Origin: Phyllobates terribilis
Lineage: Eukaryota
Length of the DNA: 64,000 nt
Reading direction: 5' to 3'
Assembly: GCF_046119375.1 (NCBI RefSeq)
Contig: NW_027362761.1
Location: forward strand, 63,488,001-63,552,000
The position numbers were made by a program, and so were the translations under genes. Of this stretch, positions 34,070-46,649 are shown in pieces. Under the pieces are notes generated by a model. It did no database searches and had not been told where the DNA came from. It saw only the letters and a list, made by a program, of their open reading frames with translations. Within the stretch, counting starts at the first letter, position 1. Each line of letters begins with the position of its first letter.

Positions 34070-34359
34070 TGGTTTTGAGCGCAAGTGCTCGCTACTTGAG
34101 TTTGCATCAGGGGGTGCTCGGGTATGCACCCAGTATCACGGGTGCTCGAGTGACATGCTCGAGTCTCTGCCCCATATGCTTCGTGGACAAAAAACCTCGC
34201 GGGGATTGCCTGACATGCACAAGCGTTCCCAGCATGTTCTTTTTTGGGTGTCTAACAACCGTGAAACATGCGGGGCGGGGACTCGAGCACCCGCGATACA
34301 TGGTGCATACCAGAGTATCCGATGCAAACTCAAATAGCGAGCACTTGCGCTCAAGACTA
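34070..34359. mobile_element. Palindromic hAT MITE
   Basis: TTTGAGCGCAAGTGCTCGCTA / TAGCGAGCACTTGCGCTCAAGACTA; TSD not clear. Confidence 0.65.
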
Positions 34360-36049
34360 ATGACAACTTATTCAATATGATGACCTAATGTTATCAAATT
34401 CTGTGTCATACCCCTGGGTTCAAAATGTTCACTATACCCGTTGATAAAATCCTTGAGGGGTGTAGTTTCCAAAATGGTGTTACTCGTGGGGGGTTTCCAC
34501 TGTTTAGGCACATCAGAGGCTCCCCAAATGGTACATGGCGTCTGCTAATTATTCAAGCAAATTTTACATTTAAAAAGTCAAAAGGCGCTCCTTCCCTTCC
34601 GAACCCTGCCACGCACCCAAACAGTAGTTTTCCCCCACATATAGGGTATCAGCTTACTCAGGAGAAATTGCACAACAAATTGCATGGTGCAATTTCTCCT
34701 GTTACCCTTATGAAAATGCAAAATTGGAGGCTGAAAAACATTTTTGTTGGAAAAATGTGAACATTTTATTTTTACGGCTCAATGTTATAAACTTCTGTGA
34801 AGCACCTGGGGGTTCGAGGTGCTCACCACACATCTAGATAAGTTCCCTAGTTTCCAAAATGATGTCACTTGTGGGGGGTTATCACTGTTTAGGCACATCA
34901 GGGGCTCCCCAAACGCAACATGGCATCCGCTAATTATCAAGCAAATTTTACATTCAAAAAGTCAAATGGCACTCCTTCCCTTCCGAACCCTGCCGTGCGC
35001 CGAAACAGTGGTTTTCCCACACATATGGGGTATCAGCGTGCTCAGGAGATATCGCACAACAAATTTTGTGGTCCATTTTTTCCTGATACCCTTGCGAAAA
35101 TAAAAAAATTGGGGTCTAAAGTAACATTTTTGTGAAAAAAAGTTAAATATTAATTTTTTTCTTCCACATTCCAAAAATTCCTGTGAAGCACCTGAAGGGT
35201 TAATAAACTTCTTGAATGTGGTTTTGAGCACCTTGAGGGGTGCAGTTTTTAGAATGGTGTCACTTTGGGGTATTTCTTGTCATAAAGACCCCTCAAAGTC
35301 AGTTGAAATGTGATGTGGTCCCTAAAAAAATGGTTTTGTAAATTTTGTTGGAAAAATGAGAAAATCGCTGGTCAACTTTTAACCCTTATAACTTCCTAAC
35401 AAAAAAAAATGTTGGTTCCAAAATTGTGCTGATGTGAAGTAGACATGTGGGAAATGTTATTTAGTAACTATTTTGTGTGACATATCTCTCGCATTTAAGG
35501 GCATGAACATTCAAAGTTTGAAAATTGCGAAATTTTCAACATTTTCACCAAATTTTCTATTTTTTCACAAATAAACGCAAGGGATATCGAAGAAATTTTA
35601 TCACTAACATGAAGTACAATATGTCACGAAAAAACAATCTCAGAATCAGCGGGATCCGTTGAAGCGTTCCAGAGTAATTACCTCATAAAGTGACAGTGGT
35701 CAGAATCAGGCTCGGTCTGGCCTGGCGGGGCGCCGGGAAATTTCCCGGTGGGCCCCGGGCCCCTTGCAGAGGGAACAAGAGAATAAAAAAAAAATAAAAA
35801 AAAAAAGTGGTCGTGGGCCCTTTAAGGGCGCACGCACTTTCACCGACGCGATGCCCAGGACAGTAGCGGGAGGGGCCTCACCTGGGAGCAGGAGAGCAGG
35901 GGCTGCACTGCAGCGTCACACTCAGCAGACAGGGCCGTACGTCTGCTAAAAGTGACGTCACAGCGCGCCCTGCACTGCAGTCTCCCGCATTAGGGGCGCG
36001 TCTGTACACTGTATGGGCTGGAGATAAGCCAAGGTACTGTAATATTTGT

Positions 36050-39000
36050 GTTTGTATGGATTTTTATGTATATGCTGCCTGCATGTGTGTGTGTACAGTG
36101 TGTGTATATGCCTGTGTGTGTGTGTACAGTGTGTGTATATGCCTGTGTGTGTATATGCCTGCATGTGTGTGTATATGCATGCATGTGTGTGTACAGTGTG
36201 TGTATATGCCTGTTTGTATATGCCTGTGTGTGTACAGTGTGTGTATATGCCTGTGTGTACAGTGTGTGTACAGTGTGTGTATATGCCTGTGTGTGTATAT
36301 GCCTGTGTGTACAGTGTGTGTGTATATGCCTGTGTGTACAGTGTGTGTATATGCCTGTGTGTACAGTGTGTGTATATATGCCTGTGTGTACAGTGTGTGT
36401 ATATGCCTGTATGTGTACAGTGTGTGTATATGCCTGTGTGTGTACAGTATGTGTAGTGTGTGTATATGCCTGTGTGTACAGTGTGTGTATATGCCTGTGT
36501 GTGTACATGCCTGTGTGTACAGTATGTGTACAGTGTGTGTATATGCCTGTGTGTGTACAGTATGTGTACAGTGTGTGTATATGCCTGTGTGTACAGTGTG
36601 TGTATATGCCTGTGTGTGTACAGTATGTGTACAGTGTGTGTATATGCCTGTGTGTATATGCCTGTGTGTGTACAGTGTGTGTATATGCCTGTGTGTATAT
36701 GCCTGTGTGTGTACAGTATGTGCCTGTGTGTGTACAGTGTTTATATGCCTGTGTGTGTGTATATGCCTGTGTGTGTACAGTGTGTATATGCCTGTGTGTG
36801 TGTGTACAGTGTGTGTATATGCCTGTGTGTGTACAGTGTGTGTATATGCCTGTGTGTGTGTACAGTGTGTGTACTGTGTGTGTATATGCCTGTGTGTGTG
36901 TACAGTGTGTGTATATGCCTGTGTGTGTGTACAGTGTGTGTATATGCCTGTGTGTGTACAGTGTGTGTATATGCCTGTGTGTATATGCCTGTGTGTGTGT
37001 ACAGTGTGTGTATATGCCTGTGTGTGTGTAGTGTGTGTATATGCCTGTGTGTATATGCCTGTGTGTGTACAGTGTGTGTATATGCCTGTGTGTACAGTAT
37101 GTGTACAGTGTGTGTATATGCCTGTGTGTACAGTATGTGCCTGTGTGTGTACAGTGTGTATATGCCTGTGTGTACAGTGTGTGTATATGCCTGTGTGTGT
37201 ACAGTGTGTGTATATGCCTGTGTGTATATGCCTGTGTGTGTACAGTATGTGCCTGTGTGTGTAGTGTGTATATGCCTGTGTGTACAGTGTGTGTATATGC
37301 CTGTGTGTGTACAGTGTGTATATGCCTGTGTGTATATGCCTGTGTGTGTACAGTATGTGCCTGTGTGTACAGTGTGTATATGCCTGTGTGTGTACAGTGT
37401 GTATATGCCTGTGTGTGTGTGTACAGTGTGTGTATATGCCTGTGTGTGTACAGTGTGTGTATATGCCTGTGTGTGTACAGTGTGTGTACTGTGTGTGTAT
37501 ATGCCTGTGTGTGTGTACAGTGTGTGTATATGCCTGTGTGTGTACAGTGTGTGTATATGCCTGTGTGTATATGCCTGTGTGTGTGTACTGTGTGTGTATA
37601 TGCCTGTGTGTGTGTACAGTGTGTGTATATGCCTGTGTGTGTGTACAGTGTGTGTATATGCCTGTGTGTGTACAGTGTGTATATGCCTGTGTGTGTGTAC
37701 AGTGTGTGTATATGCCTGTGTGTATATGCCTGTGTGTGTGTACAGTGTGTGTATATGCCTGTGTGTGTACAGTGTGTGTATATGCCTGTGTGTGTACAGT
37801 ATGTGTACAGTGTGTGTATATGCCTGTGTGTATATGCCTGTGTGTACAGTATGTGCCTGTGTGTGTGTACAGTGTGTATATGCCTGTGTGTGTACATTGT
37901 GTGTATATGCCTGTGTGTGTACATTGTGTGTATATGCCTGTGTGTGTACAGTGTGTGTATATGCCTGTGTGTGTACAGTGTGTGTATATGCCTGTGTGTA
38001 CAGTGTGTGTACTGTGTGTGTATATGCCTGTGTGTGTGTACAGTGTGTGTATATGCCTGTGTGTGTATATGCCTGTGTGTGTATATGCCTGTGTGTATAT
38101 GCCTGTGTGTGTGTACAGTGTGTGTATATGCCTGTGTGTGTGTACAGTGTGTGTATATGCCTGTGTGTATATGCCTGTGTGTGTGTACAGTGTGTGTATA
38201 TGCCTGTGTGTGTGTACAGTGTGTGTATATGCCTGTGTGTATATGCCTGTGTGTGTGCAGTGTGTGTATATGCCTGTGTGTATATGCCTGTGTGTGTGTA
38301 CAGTGCGTGTATATGCCTGTGTGTATATGCCTGTGTGTATATGCCTGTGTGTATATGCCTGTGTGTATATGCCTGTGTGTGTATATGCCTGTGTGTGTGT
38401 ACAGTGTGTGTATATGCCTGTGTGTATATGCCTGTGTGTGTGTACAGTGCGTGTATATGCCTGTGTGTATATGCCTGTGTGTATATGCCTGTGTGTATAT
38501 GCCTGTGTGTATATGCCTGTGTGTGTATATGCCTGTGTGTGTATATGCCTGTGTGTGTACAGTGTGTGTATATGCCTGTGTGTGTGTACAGTGTGTGTAT
38601 ATGCCTGTGTGTATATGCCTGTGTGTGTGTACAGTGTGTGTATATGCCTGTGTGTATATGCCTGTGTGTACAGTGTGTGTATATGCCTGTGTGTGTACAG
38701 TATGTGTACAGTGTGTGTATATGCCTGTGTGTATATGCCTGTGTGTACAGTATGTGCCTGTGTGTGTGTACAGTGTGTATATGCCTGTGTGTACAGTGTG
38801 TGTATATGCCTGTGTGTGTACATTGTGTGTATATGCCTGTGTGTGTACATTGTGTGTATATGCCTGTGTGTGTACAGTGTGTGTATATGCCTGTGTGTGT
38901 GTACAGTGTGTGTATATGCCTGTGTGTATATGCCTGTGTGTGTGTACAGTGTGTGTATATGCCTGTGTGTGTGTACAGTGTGTGTATATGCCTGTGTGTA

Positions 39001-39450
39001 TATGCCTGTGTGTGTGCCTGTGTGTGTGCAGTGTGTGTATATGCCTGTGTGTATATGCCTGTGTGTGTGTACAGTGTGTGTATATGCCTGTGTGTGTGCC
39101 TGTGTGTGTACAGTGTGTATGTGCCTGTGTGTGTGTACAGTGTGTGTATACAGTGTGTGTTTATATGCCTGTGTGTGTGTGTATATGCCTGTGCGTGCGT
39201 GTGTGTGTGTATATATGCCTGTGTGTGTGTATATGCCTGTGTGTATATATGCCTGTATGTGTGTGTGTGTGTGTGTGTGTATATGCCTGTATGTGTGCGT
39301 GTGTGTATATGCCTGTGTGTCTATATGCCTGTGTGTGTCCATTGTGTATGCCTGTGTTCTTATGTGTCTTCACACGTGTGTTTGTGCTTCCCTGCGTGTC
39401 TGCATTTCTGTGTGTGCTTGCCTGTGTGTGTACGTGTCCCCATTTCTGTG
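36050..39450. repeat. 3.4-kb compound TG-rich satellite
   Basis: Alternation of (GT)n-ATATGCCT and (GT)n-ACAGT words. Confidence 0.97.
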
Positions 39451-39477
39451 AGTATGTGTATCTGCGTGTGTATATTA

Positions 39478-40321
39478 GGGCTCTTTCACATGTCCTGATA
39501 TTTACAGGACTGGAGATATCCGTGTCCACCTGTGTGTCAGCCGTGTGACACATACTGGCGCTTGGGAATCAGTATACAGTTAGCGCTGTTCCCAAGAGCC
39601 GGGTGCTGAGCGCTGCCCTCATCATAGATCCCTGCAGGCGCTGTGATCAGCAGCAGCGGGGTCAATGATGAGAGTAGTAGTCTACTCCCGCCGTGTCCGT
39701 GTCCAACTATAAAAATAAGAATAAAATAAAAAAATCCTTATACTCACCTCTCCTAAGTGTCACCTGCTGTAATCCGTGCGAGCGCTCACGCCAAGGAGAA
39801 TGACTCCTGCAGCGAGCTTGCTCCAGAGCTGCGCTTAGTGAATGACAGGGCACCGCTTGTTGAGCGCAGCTCCGGAGCCCACTCGCTGCAGGAGACATTC
39901 TCCTCGGCGTGAGCGCTCGCACGGATTACAGTGGGTGACACTTAGTAGAGGTTAGTATAAGGTTTTTTTTATTTTATTCTTTTTACAGTTGGACACAGCT
40001 TGTATAGACTATTACTCTCATCATTGACCCTGCTGGTACTGATCGCAGCGCCTGCAGGGATCTATGATGAGGGCAGCGCTCAGCGCTCTTCCCAAGCACC
40101 GGGTGCTAACTGTCATCAGTGTGCGGGACTTTTTGCGGTCTGGACAGCAGGTAAAAAACAGACATGCCAGCGTGTTTTGCCCACGGACACCACATGGTCT
40201 GTGGAAAGTGGAAACATACTGACATGTGAACATACGCATTCATGTGAATGGGTCTACGTGTGTCAGTGTCTCTGGTATGTGTGGAAACGGTCACAGCATG
40301 TACTGACGTGTGAAAGAGCCC
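39478..40321. mobile_element. PIF/Harbinger-type MITE
   Basis: TTA TSD; GGGCTCTTTCAC / GTGAAAGAGCCC; long internal hairpin centred at ~39840. Confidence 0.8.
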
Positions 40322-41776
40322 TTAGTATGTGTCTGTGTGTGCTTGTTTTTGTGTGTGTAAGCGCGCTTCTGCATGTCTGTGTGCTCTTCCGAAGATTTAT
40401 TATATTTGGAGAGAGATGGGAGAGAAATTCTAGGAGACAGAATGGGGAGATGTGTGAAGAAACAGTATGGTGAACTAGGGGAGGGGTGGGAATGGGTGCG
40501 GGAACAGAATGGGGAAAGGATGTATAAGACAGTATGGAGAGCGGGGGAATAGTGTGAGGAGACAGTATGGAGGGAGAAAAGTGTGAGGTGACACAGCACA
40601 GAGACTAGGTAGTGTGGGGGAAGGTATAGAGATGCGGCAGTATGGGGGAAACAGTGTGAGGGCACAGCAAGGAGGGAACAGTATGCTGAGGAGGGGGAGT
40701 GTGATGAAGGGGCACAGTATAGAGACTGGGCAGTATAGGGGGGACACAGTGTGAGAGGACAGTGTGAAGAGGGGGCCCAGTATGGTAAGGAGAGGACAGT
40801 GTGGAGAGCAGGTACCATAAGAGGGGTAGAGTGTATATCATGTTTTGTGCAGGGAGCATTGTAAGAGTTAGGTTTATTCAGGGGCTCAGTGTAGATATTT
40901 TTATTCAGGAGCATTATAATGACACTGCTATCTTTAAGGGCATCGTGTGGGGATGTGCTGCAGAAGACCGGAGAAGATGGAAGTCTGCAGAGACGAGCTG
41001 TGGATGAGAAAAGTCATCATGGAGACTGGACAAGAGGTAAGATACCTGGATGTAAATGTTCATTTGTGATCCTGCCTGCGTCTTATCAGTACTGTGGTTC
41101 CTGTATGGTCCGCAGTCTGATGATGATGACTGATAACTCCCAGTATCTCTATTGTTAATTACATACTGGGAGTTGTAGGTTTATGTGATACAAAGATATA
41201 TGGGGCTGACCTGACATTACAAATGATGGTGGTTCAGATGATGTATTCATGTACTGATGAGTTTGTGCGCGTCTGCGTGTTTGTGCGCGTCTGCGTGTGT
41301 GTGCGCTTCTGCGTGTGTGTGCGCGTCTACGTATCTGGAATAATATGTATTTTGTAAGATGCGTGTATGTAAGAGTCCATTGTGGTGTGTAATAACATTC
41401 ATATGCTTGAGGCACCTTTACTAAATCTATTAGGACTTGCTCACATGTGTTAGGGAATTCCATTTGTCTTTCCACATTTAGGAACAGACAAGTGAAATTT
41501 GCTAACCTTGTCATAACCATAGGGTTGTACTTGTATGGAGCGGGTTCAGGAGCTGAGCCTGCTCCATACCAGGCAGATGTCGGCTGTGTTACATAGCCGG
41601 TGTCTGCCTGTAACAGCAGTGATCAGAGCTCGCCTTGATTGCTGCTGTTTTGAGTATTTAAGTGCCCTTGTCAATCACTGACAGCGGCATTTAGATAGCA
41701 CGATGGCCGGGGCATGCAGTCACCTGCTCCCTTCAGCCCCCTGTGACGCAGTTGCAGGTTGCTGGTGGGTTGCCAG

Positions 41777-42077
41777 TAGTGCTGAGTGAGCGTGGTCGGA
41801 CAAGGTGTTATCTCAGCATGTTCGGGTGTTATCCAGGTATCTTGTAGTGCTCTGCTAATATGCTCGAGTCCCTGCGGTAACATGTTTTGCGGCGGTAGAC
41901 AGAAGCAACACATGCAGTGATTACCTAACAAACAGGCAATTCCTGCATGTGTTGCGTCTGCCTGCAAAACATGCTACCCTGGGGACTCGAGCATATTAGC
42001 AGAACATTACAAGATACCTGGATAACACCCGAGCATGCTGGGATCACACCTTATCCGACCACGCTCGCTCAGCACTA
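41777..42077. mobile_element. 301-bp palindromic hAT MITE
   Basis: TAGTGCTGAG...CTCAGCACTA; perfect TSD GTTGCCAG; central hairpin resembles that of 4241-10192. Confidence 0.88.
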
Positions 42078-43673
42078 GTTGCCAGGTGCTGCTGCCATGT
42101 TAGTCGTTCAATGAAGCTCAGCCTGGGGTTGGGCTCCATGGAAGTGTCACAATCCAGGTGCCGGACGTTATTGCAGCACGCTCACTTTGTAGTTCGCGGT
42201 GACTGTAATGTCTCCCTCCTTGCACCGACCTTATAACAGGAAGCGAGTGGCGACAGGGAGAATAAAACATAATTTTCTCTGTGTAGCCAACGCTTTTCCA
42301 TTAAGCTGTCTAACCAGGCTTTAAACCCTATTTACCTGCAGATTACCCCTATATCTGCAGATAAATAGCGTTTTTCAAGGTGACAAGTTACCATTAAAGG
42401 GACTCTGGCAGTACGGAATGACTGTTCGAACAAAGTCCTGCCACTCAGTGCTTCACAGCGCGGCCAATCATGTAACTATAGTGCATTATAGAAAAGCATA
42501 ACAAGTAATAAAACCGTTTATGGTGGGCTGTAGTGTGGGCCCCTAGAGTCAGTTCCCCTGGTGGGCCCTGGGCACCCCAGTACGACCCTGGTCAGAATTG
42601 TAAAATTTGGCCCGGTCATTAATGTGCAAACCACCCTCAGGGGTAAAGGGGTTAAAGATGTTGCTATTTGCGGACTTTGAACCAAGGACCCCAGTACTGT
42701 AAAGCAACAGTGCTAACCACTGAGCCATCGTGCTATGGAAAAATTTTACTTTTTTTTATATAGAGATGTAATGTTCCATTCATGAGATATCTAGCATGGA
42801 AGAAATTCTATTAGGCTTGAAGTGCACTTTGAACATGTCAAAGCACCTTGAAAAAGACTGCTTCTTCCATATACACTGACATGCCCCAAAGGCACTTACA
42901 GTCTGATTTGGATATATGGTAGCTTCTATGCTAAATTCTTCATGGCTAACTCATTATAAGGTATCATTTTTAGTGCCCTTTCAGCCAAATAACTACCGTA
43001 TTTTGCGGATTATAAGATGCACCGGACCAAAAGATGGTGGGGTGGAAAATAATATATATATATTTTTTTAAATAAAATGGTGGTGTGTCTTATAGTTTAT
43101 TTTAATGGTAGCTTAACTAGGGGGAAGGGGGGTGGTCTGCCTACGTGTGTGTATAGCCCAAGACCTGTCAATCCAGGGCAGAGGCGGGGACAAGCCATCT
43201 CAGTCCCTGGTGATTTTTAAATAATGTTGTTCTCTGAAATGCGTTTCAGAGTCACACATACCAGGCTGAGTTTATACAGCCATTGCCTGATTCACACTGC
43301 CCTCGGATAGGGCAGCATGTATCAGGTTCACTTTAATATTTTTACAACATTTTTGGTTTCAGATATATTTATCACTAGATATTTTGAGTACAAGAATTTA
43401 AAATGCTTTGTAGAGTGACTAGCGTGTATGTGGTGAGGACGTGTCTCCGGAGAGCTCCCGCTGCCCTCATCCTGTAAGGCACAGCCTGAGGCACAATTTC
43501 GAGGAGAAATGACTGGAGCCCAGTGGATGACTGTTTCTGGAGGCTCGACGAGCCTTTTCTGGGCTGCAACAATGGAGATGACCCGAAGCAGAAAGATCAG
43601 CAGGGAGGATGAAGCGGCGCCATCATACATCCAAGATGGCGCCCACACATTCTGTGGAACAGGGGAACAACAT

Positions 43674-44570
43674 AATGTCCCCAAAAGGATCTAGATTTGT
43701 TGCATTAGTTTAAGAGGAGGATGTCCTTATGGCACAGCATCAAACTCCCAGGTGCACAATAATGTAGAGCCGATTTCCAATCATGCAGAGAGCACCCTTT
43801 GTGAAAAACCCTTAGGGGAACCCCCATCTCTAATGGATGTTTTGAACACTGTTAACAAATGTAATTCCACACTGGCCACGATAAGGCCAGGTAGGCTATG
43901 TTCAGGAGGCAATTCTGTTAGATGCGCAAAAAATGGCGGAGCGCGCAACTGCTGTAGAGGAGAGAGTTAGGGGATGCCCTTCCACCTATCCACAGAGACA
44001 TTCAGAGTCACAAACAAGCAATTGCAGCTTTACTGGCCAAGACTGAGGATCTGGAAAATTGCCAAAGGCGTAACATTATCAGGCTGGTGGGTGTCCCTGA
44101 AGAGGTGGAATGGAGAGATCGGATAGCTTTCTTTGAAAAAGTGTCTGCTAGATACATTCGGCAAAGAGGTCCTCACTCCTCTGTTTGCAGTGGAAAGGAC
44201 CCACAGGGTTCTCATGAGACTCGGCCCAATGGGCAGACCTTCTAGGCCTATCTTGCTTAAAATTCTACATTATTAAGACTGGGATATCATACTGAGGAAG
44301 GCAGAGGAGAAACAGGACATATCACTTGGAGAGCAGAGGGTATCCTATTTTTCAGACTTCTGTGTGTAAGTCCAGCGTAGAAGATCCCTGTACATAGACA
44401 TTAAAAAAGGAATGAGGTCATTTGGGTTGCAATATTCCATGATTTACCCAGCAAAACCGAGTGATTGCGCTGGGTTCCACTTTTTTCTTTAAATCCCCTA
44501 AAGACGTTCTGAAACAGCTGGACTCTCATGAACGGCAGCTCCAACAGGAGGTTCGCAAGCTAAAAGGGGC
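43674..44570 (+). pseudogene. L1-type ORF1 remnant
   Basis: RNIIRLVGVPE, FAVERTHRV, RPILLKILHY and YSMIYPAK motifs, with stops and frameshifts. Confidence 0.75.
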
Positions 44571-44964
44571 TGAATTTATTTAAATTTTTGAGAGCATTGG
44601 TGGCTTGGTGACTTAAAATGTGTGGTGATTAAAGTCTTTCTAATGTGCTTTCTCCCTGACAGGTTCAATGTGAAAGTTGCGAGTAATAGTGTGTTGTGGT
44701 TAATGATGCATATATGCAAGCGATATGATTTATCTTTGCGAATAAGGACAAATTTATAGAGCACACAATCATTATTCAGGTAAAGGACTAGAGTTTAGCG
44801 TCCTACCACAAAAATGAATTAATAGCGCAATATCAAGCGGTGGAGTACTCCAAACACAATATATGAAGGAAAAGAAAAAAATGGAGTAGCAATAAACCAC
44901 CAATAAATATAAAAATTCATAATTTATTGAAAAATATTATTAAAATGATTACCATCAATACATA

Positions 44965-46584
44965 CACTACAGTTCAAAAGTTTGGGGTCATTTAGAAATT
45001 TCATTATTTTTGAAAGAAAAGCACATTTTTTTTTCAATGAAGCTAACATTAAATGAATCAGAAATATACTCTATACATTGTTAATGTGGTAAATGACTAT
45101 TCTAGCTGCAAACGTCTTGTTTTTATTGCAATATCTACATAGGTGTATAGAGGCCCATTTCCAACAACCACCACTCCAGTGTTTTAATGGTACATTGTGT
45201 TTGCTAACTGTGTAAGAAGGCTAATGGATGTTTAGAAAACCCTAGAAAACCTTTGCACAAGTATGTTAGCCCAGCTGAAAATGATTTGGCTGATTTGAGA
45301 AGCTATAAAATTGACCTTCATTTGAGCTAGTTGAGAATCTGGAGCATTACATTTGTTTGTTCTATGAAACTCTCAAAATGGCCAGAAAAAGAGAACTTTC
45401 ATGTGAAACTCGACAGTCTGTTCTTGTTCTTAGAAATGAAGGCTATTCCATGCGAGAAATTGCCAAGAAACTGAAGTTTTCGTACAACGGTGTGTACTAC
45501 TCCCTTCAGAGGAGCGCACAAACAGGCTCTAACCAGAGTAGAAAGAGAAGTGGGAGTCCCCGCTGCACAACTGAGCAACAAGACAAGTACATTAGAGTCT
45601 CTAGTTTGAGAAATTGACGCCTCACAGCTCCTCAACTGGCAGCTTCATTAAATAGTACAAGCAAAACGCCAGTGTCAATGTCTACAGTGAAGAGGCGACT
45701 CCGGGATGCTGGCCTTCAGGGCAAAGTGGCAACAAAAAAGCCATATCTGAGACTGGCCAATAAAAGGAAAAGATTAATATGGGCAAAATAACACAGACAT
45801 TGGACAGAGAAAGGTTTGAAAAAAGTTTTATGGACAGACGAATCAAAGTTTGAGGTGTTTGGATCACACACAAGAACATTTGTGAGACGCAGAACAACTG
45901 AAAAGATGCTGGAAGAGTGCCTGACGCCATCTGTTAAGCATGGTGGAGGTAATGTGATGGTCTGGTGTTGCTTTGGTGCTGGTAAAGTGGGAGATTTGTA
46001 CAAGGTAAATGGGATTTTGAATAAAGAAGGCTATCACTCCATTTTGCAAAGCCATGCCATAACCTGTGGCCAGCGCTTGATTGGAGCCAATTTCATCCTA
46101 CAACAGGACAATGACCCAAAGCACACCTCCAAGTTATGAATGAACTATTTAGAATACAAGCTGCTTGCTTCTTCCCCATCTGTAATGGAGTGGCCAGCGC
46201 AGTCACCAGATCTCAACCCCATTGAGCTGTTGTGGGAGCAGCTTGACCGTATGGTACGCAAAAAGTGCCCATCAAGCCAATCCAACTTGTGGGAGGGGCT
46301 TCAGGAAGCATGGGGTGAAATTTCTCAAGATTACCTCAGCAAATTAACAGCTAGAATGCCAAAGGTCTGCAATGCTGTAATTGCTGTAAAGGGAGCATTC
46401 TTTGACGAAAGCAAAGTTTGAAGGAGAAAATTATTCTTTCAAATAAAAATCATTATTTCTAACCTTGTCAATGTCTGGACTATATTTTCTATTCATTTTG
46501 CAACTCATTTGATAAATAATAGTATGAGTTTTTCATACTTTTTACATAATTGTCTGGGTGACCCCAAACTTTTGAACGGTAGTG
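44965..46584 (+). mobile_element. Second DD38E Tc1 subfamily, full length, transposase pseudogene (45378-46421)
   Basis: TA TSD; TIR CACTACAGTTCAAAAGTTTGGGG; several stops; 38-codon D-E spacing retained. Confidence 0.88.
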
Positions 46585-46649
46585 TAGATATGTCAGATAA
46601 TGAGGAACAAACAGTGGAGAGCGAAAGTTAGATCCAATATTGCAAACTA

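Larger units (their letters stand above)
35707..42590 (+). mobile_element. 6.9-kb non-autonomous hAT element expanded by satellite and nested MITEs
   Basis: Perfect 8-bp TSD GTCAGAAT (35699-35706, 42591-42598); imperfect TIR CAGGCTCGGTCTGG / CCAGTACGACCCTG. Confidence 0.8.
31024..42651. mobile_element. TTAA-flanked non-autonomous element (piggyBac/Kolobok type), ~2.8 kb when insertions are removed
   Basis: TTAA at 31020-31023 and 42652-42655; termini GCCCTTT / AAAGGGG. The sequence resumes across the GTCAGAAT TSD. Confidence 0.7.
30876..42735 (-). mobile_element. tRNA-derived SINE split by an 11.6-kb nested insertion
   Basis: 3' part at 30876-31019 (GGAAACCCACATGAACATTGGAGAACATGCAATCTCC). 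5' part at 42656-42735 with minus-strand A box TGGCTCAGTGG and B box GGTTCAAAGTCC. Confidence 0.7.

Noticed and set aside
35990-39548. Very long ORFs (up to 1092 aa) rich in H/T/Y or C/V/Y/M
   Set aside because: They are translations of the TG satellite in several frames on both strands; the repeat words simply lack stop codons.
42656-42735. tRNA-like A/B boxes
   Set aside because: This is the head of the split SINE, not a tRNA gene; I could not fold a complete cloverleaf.
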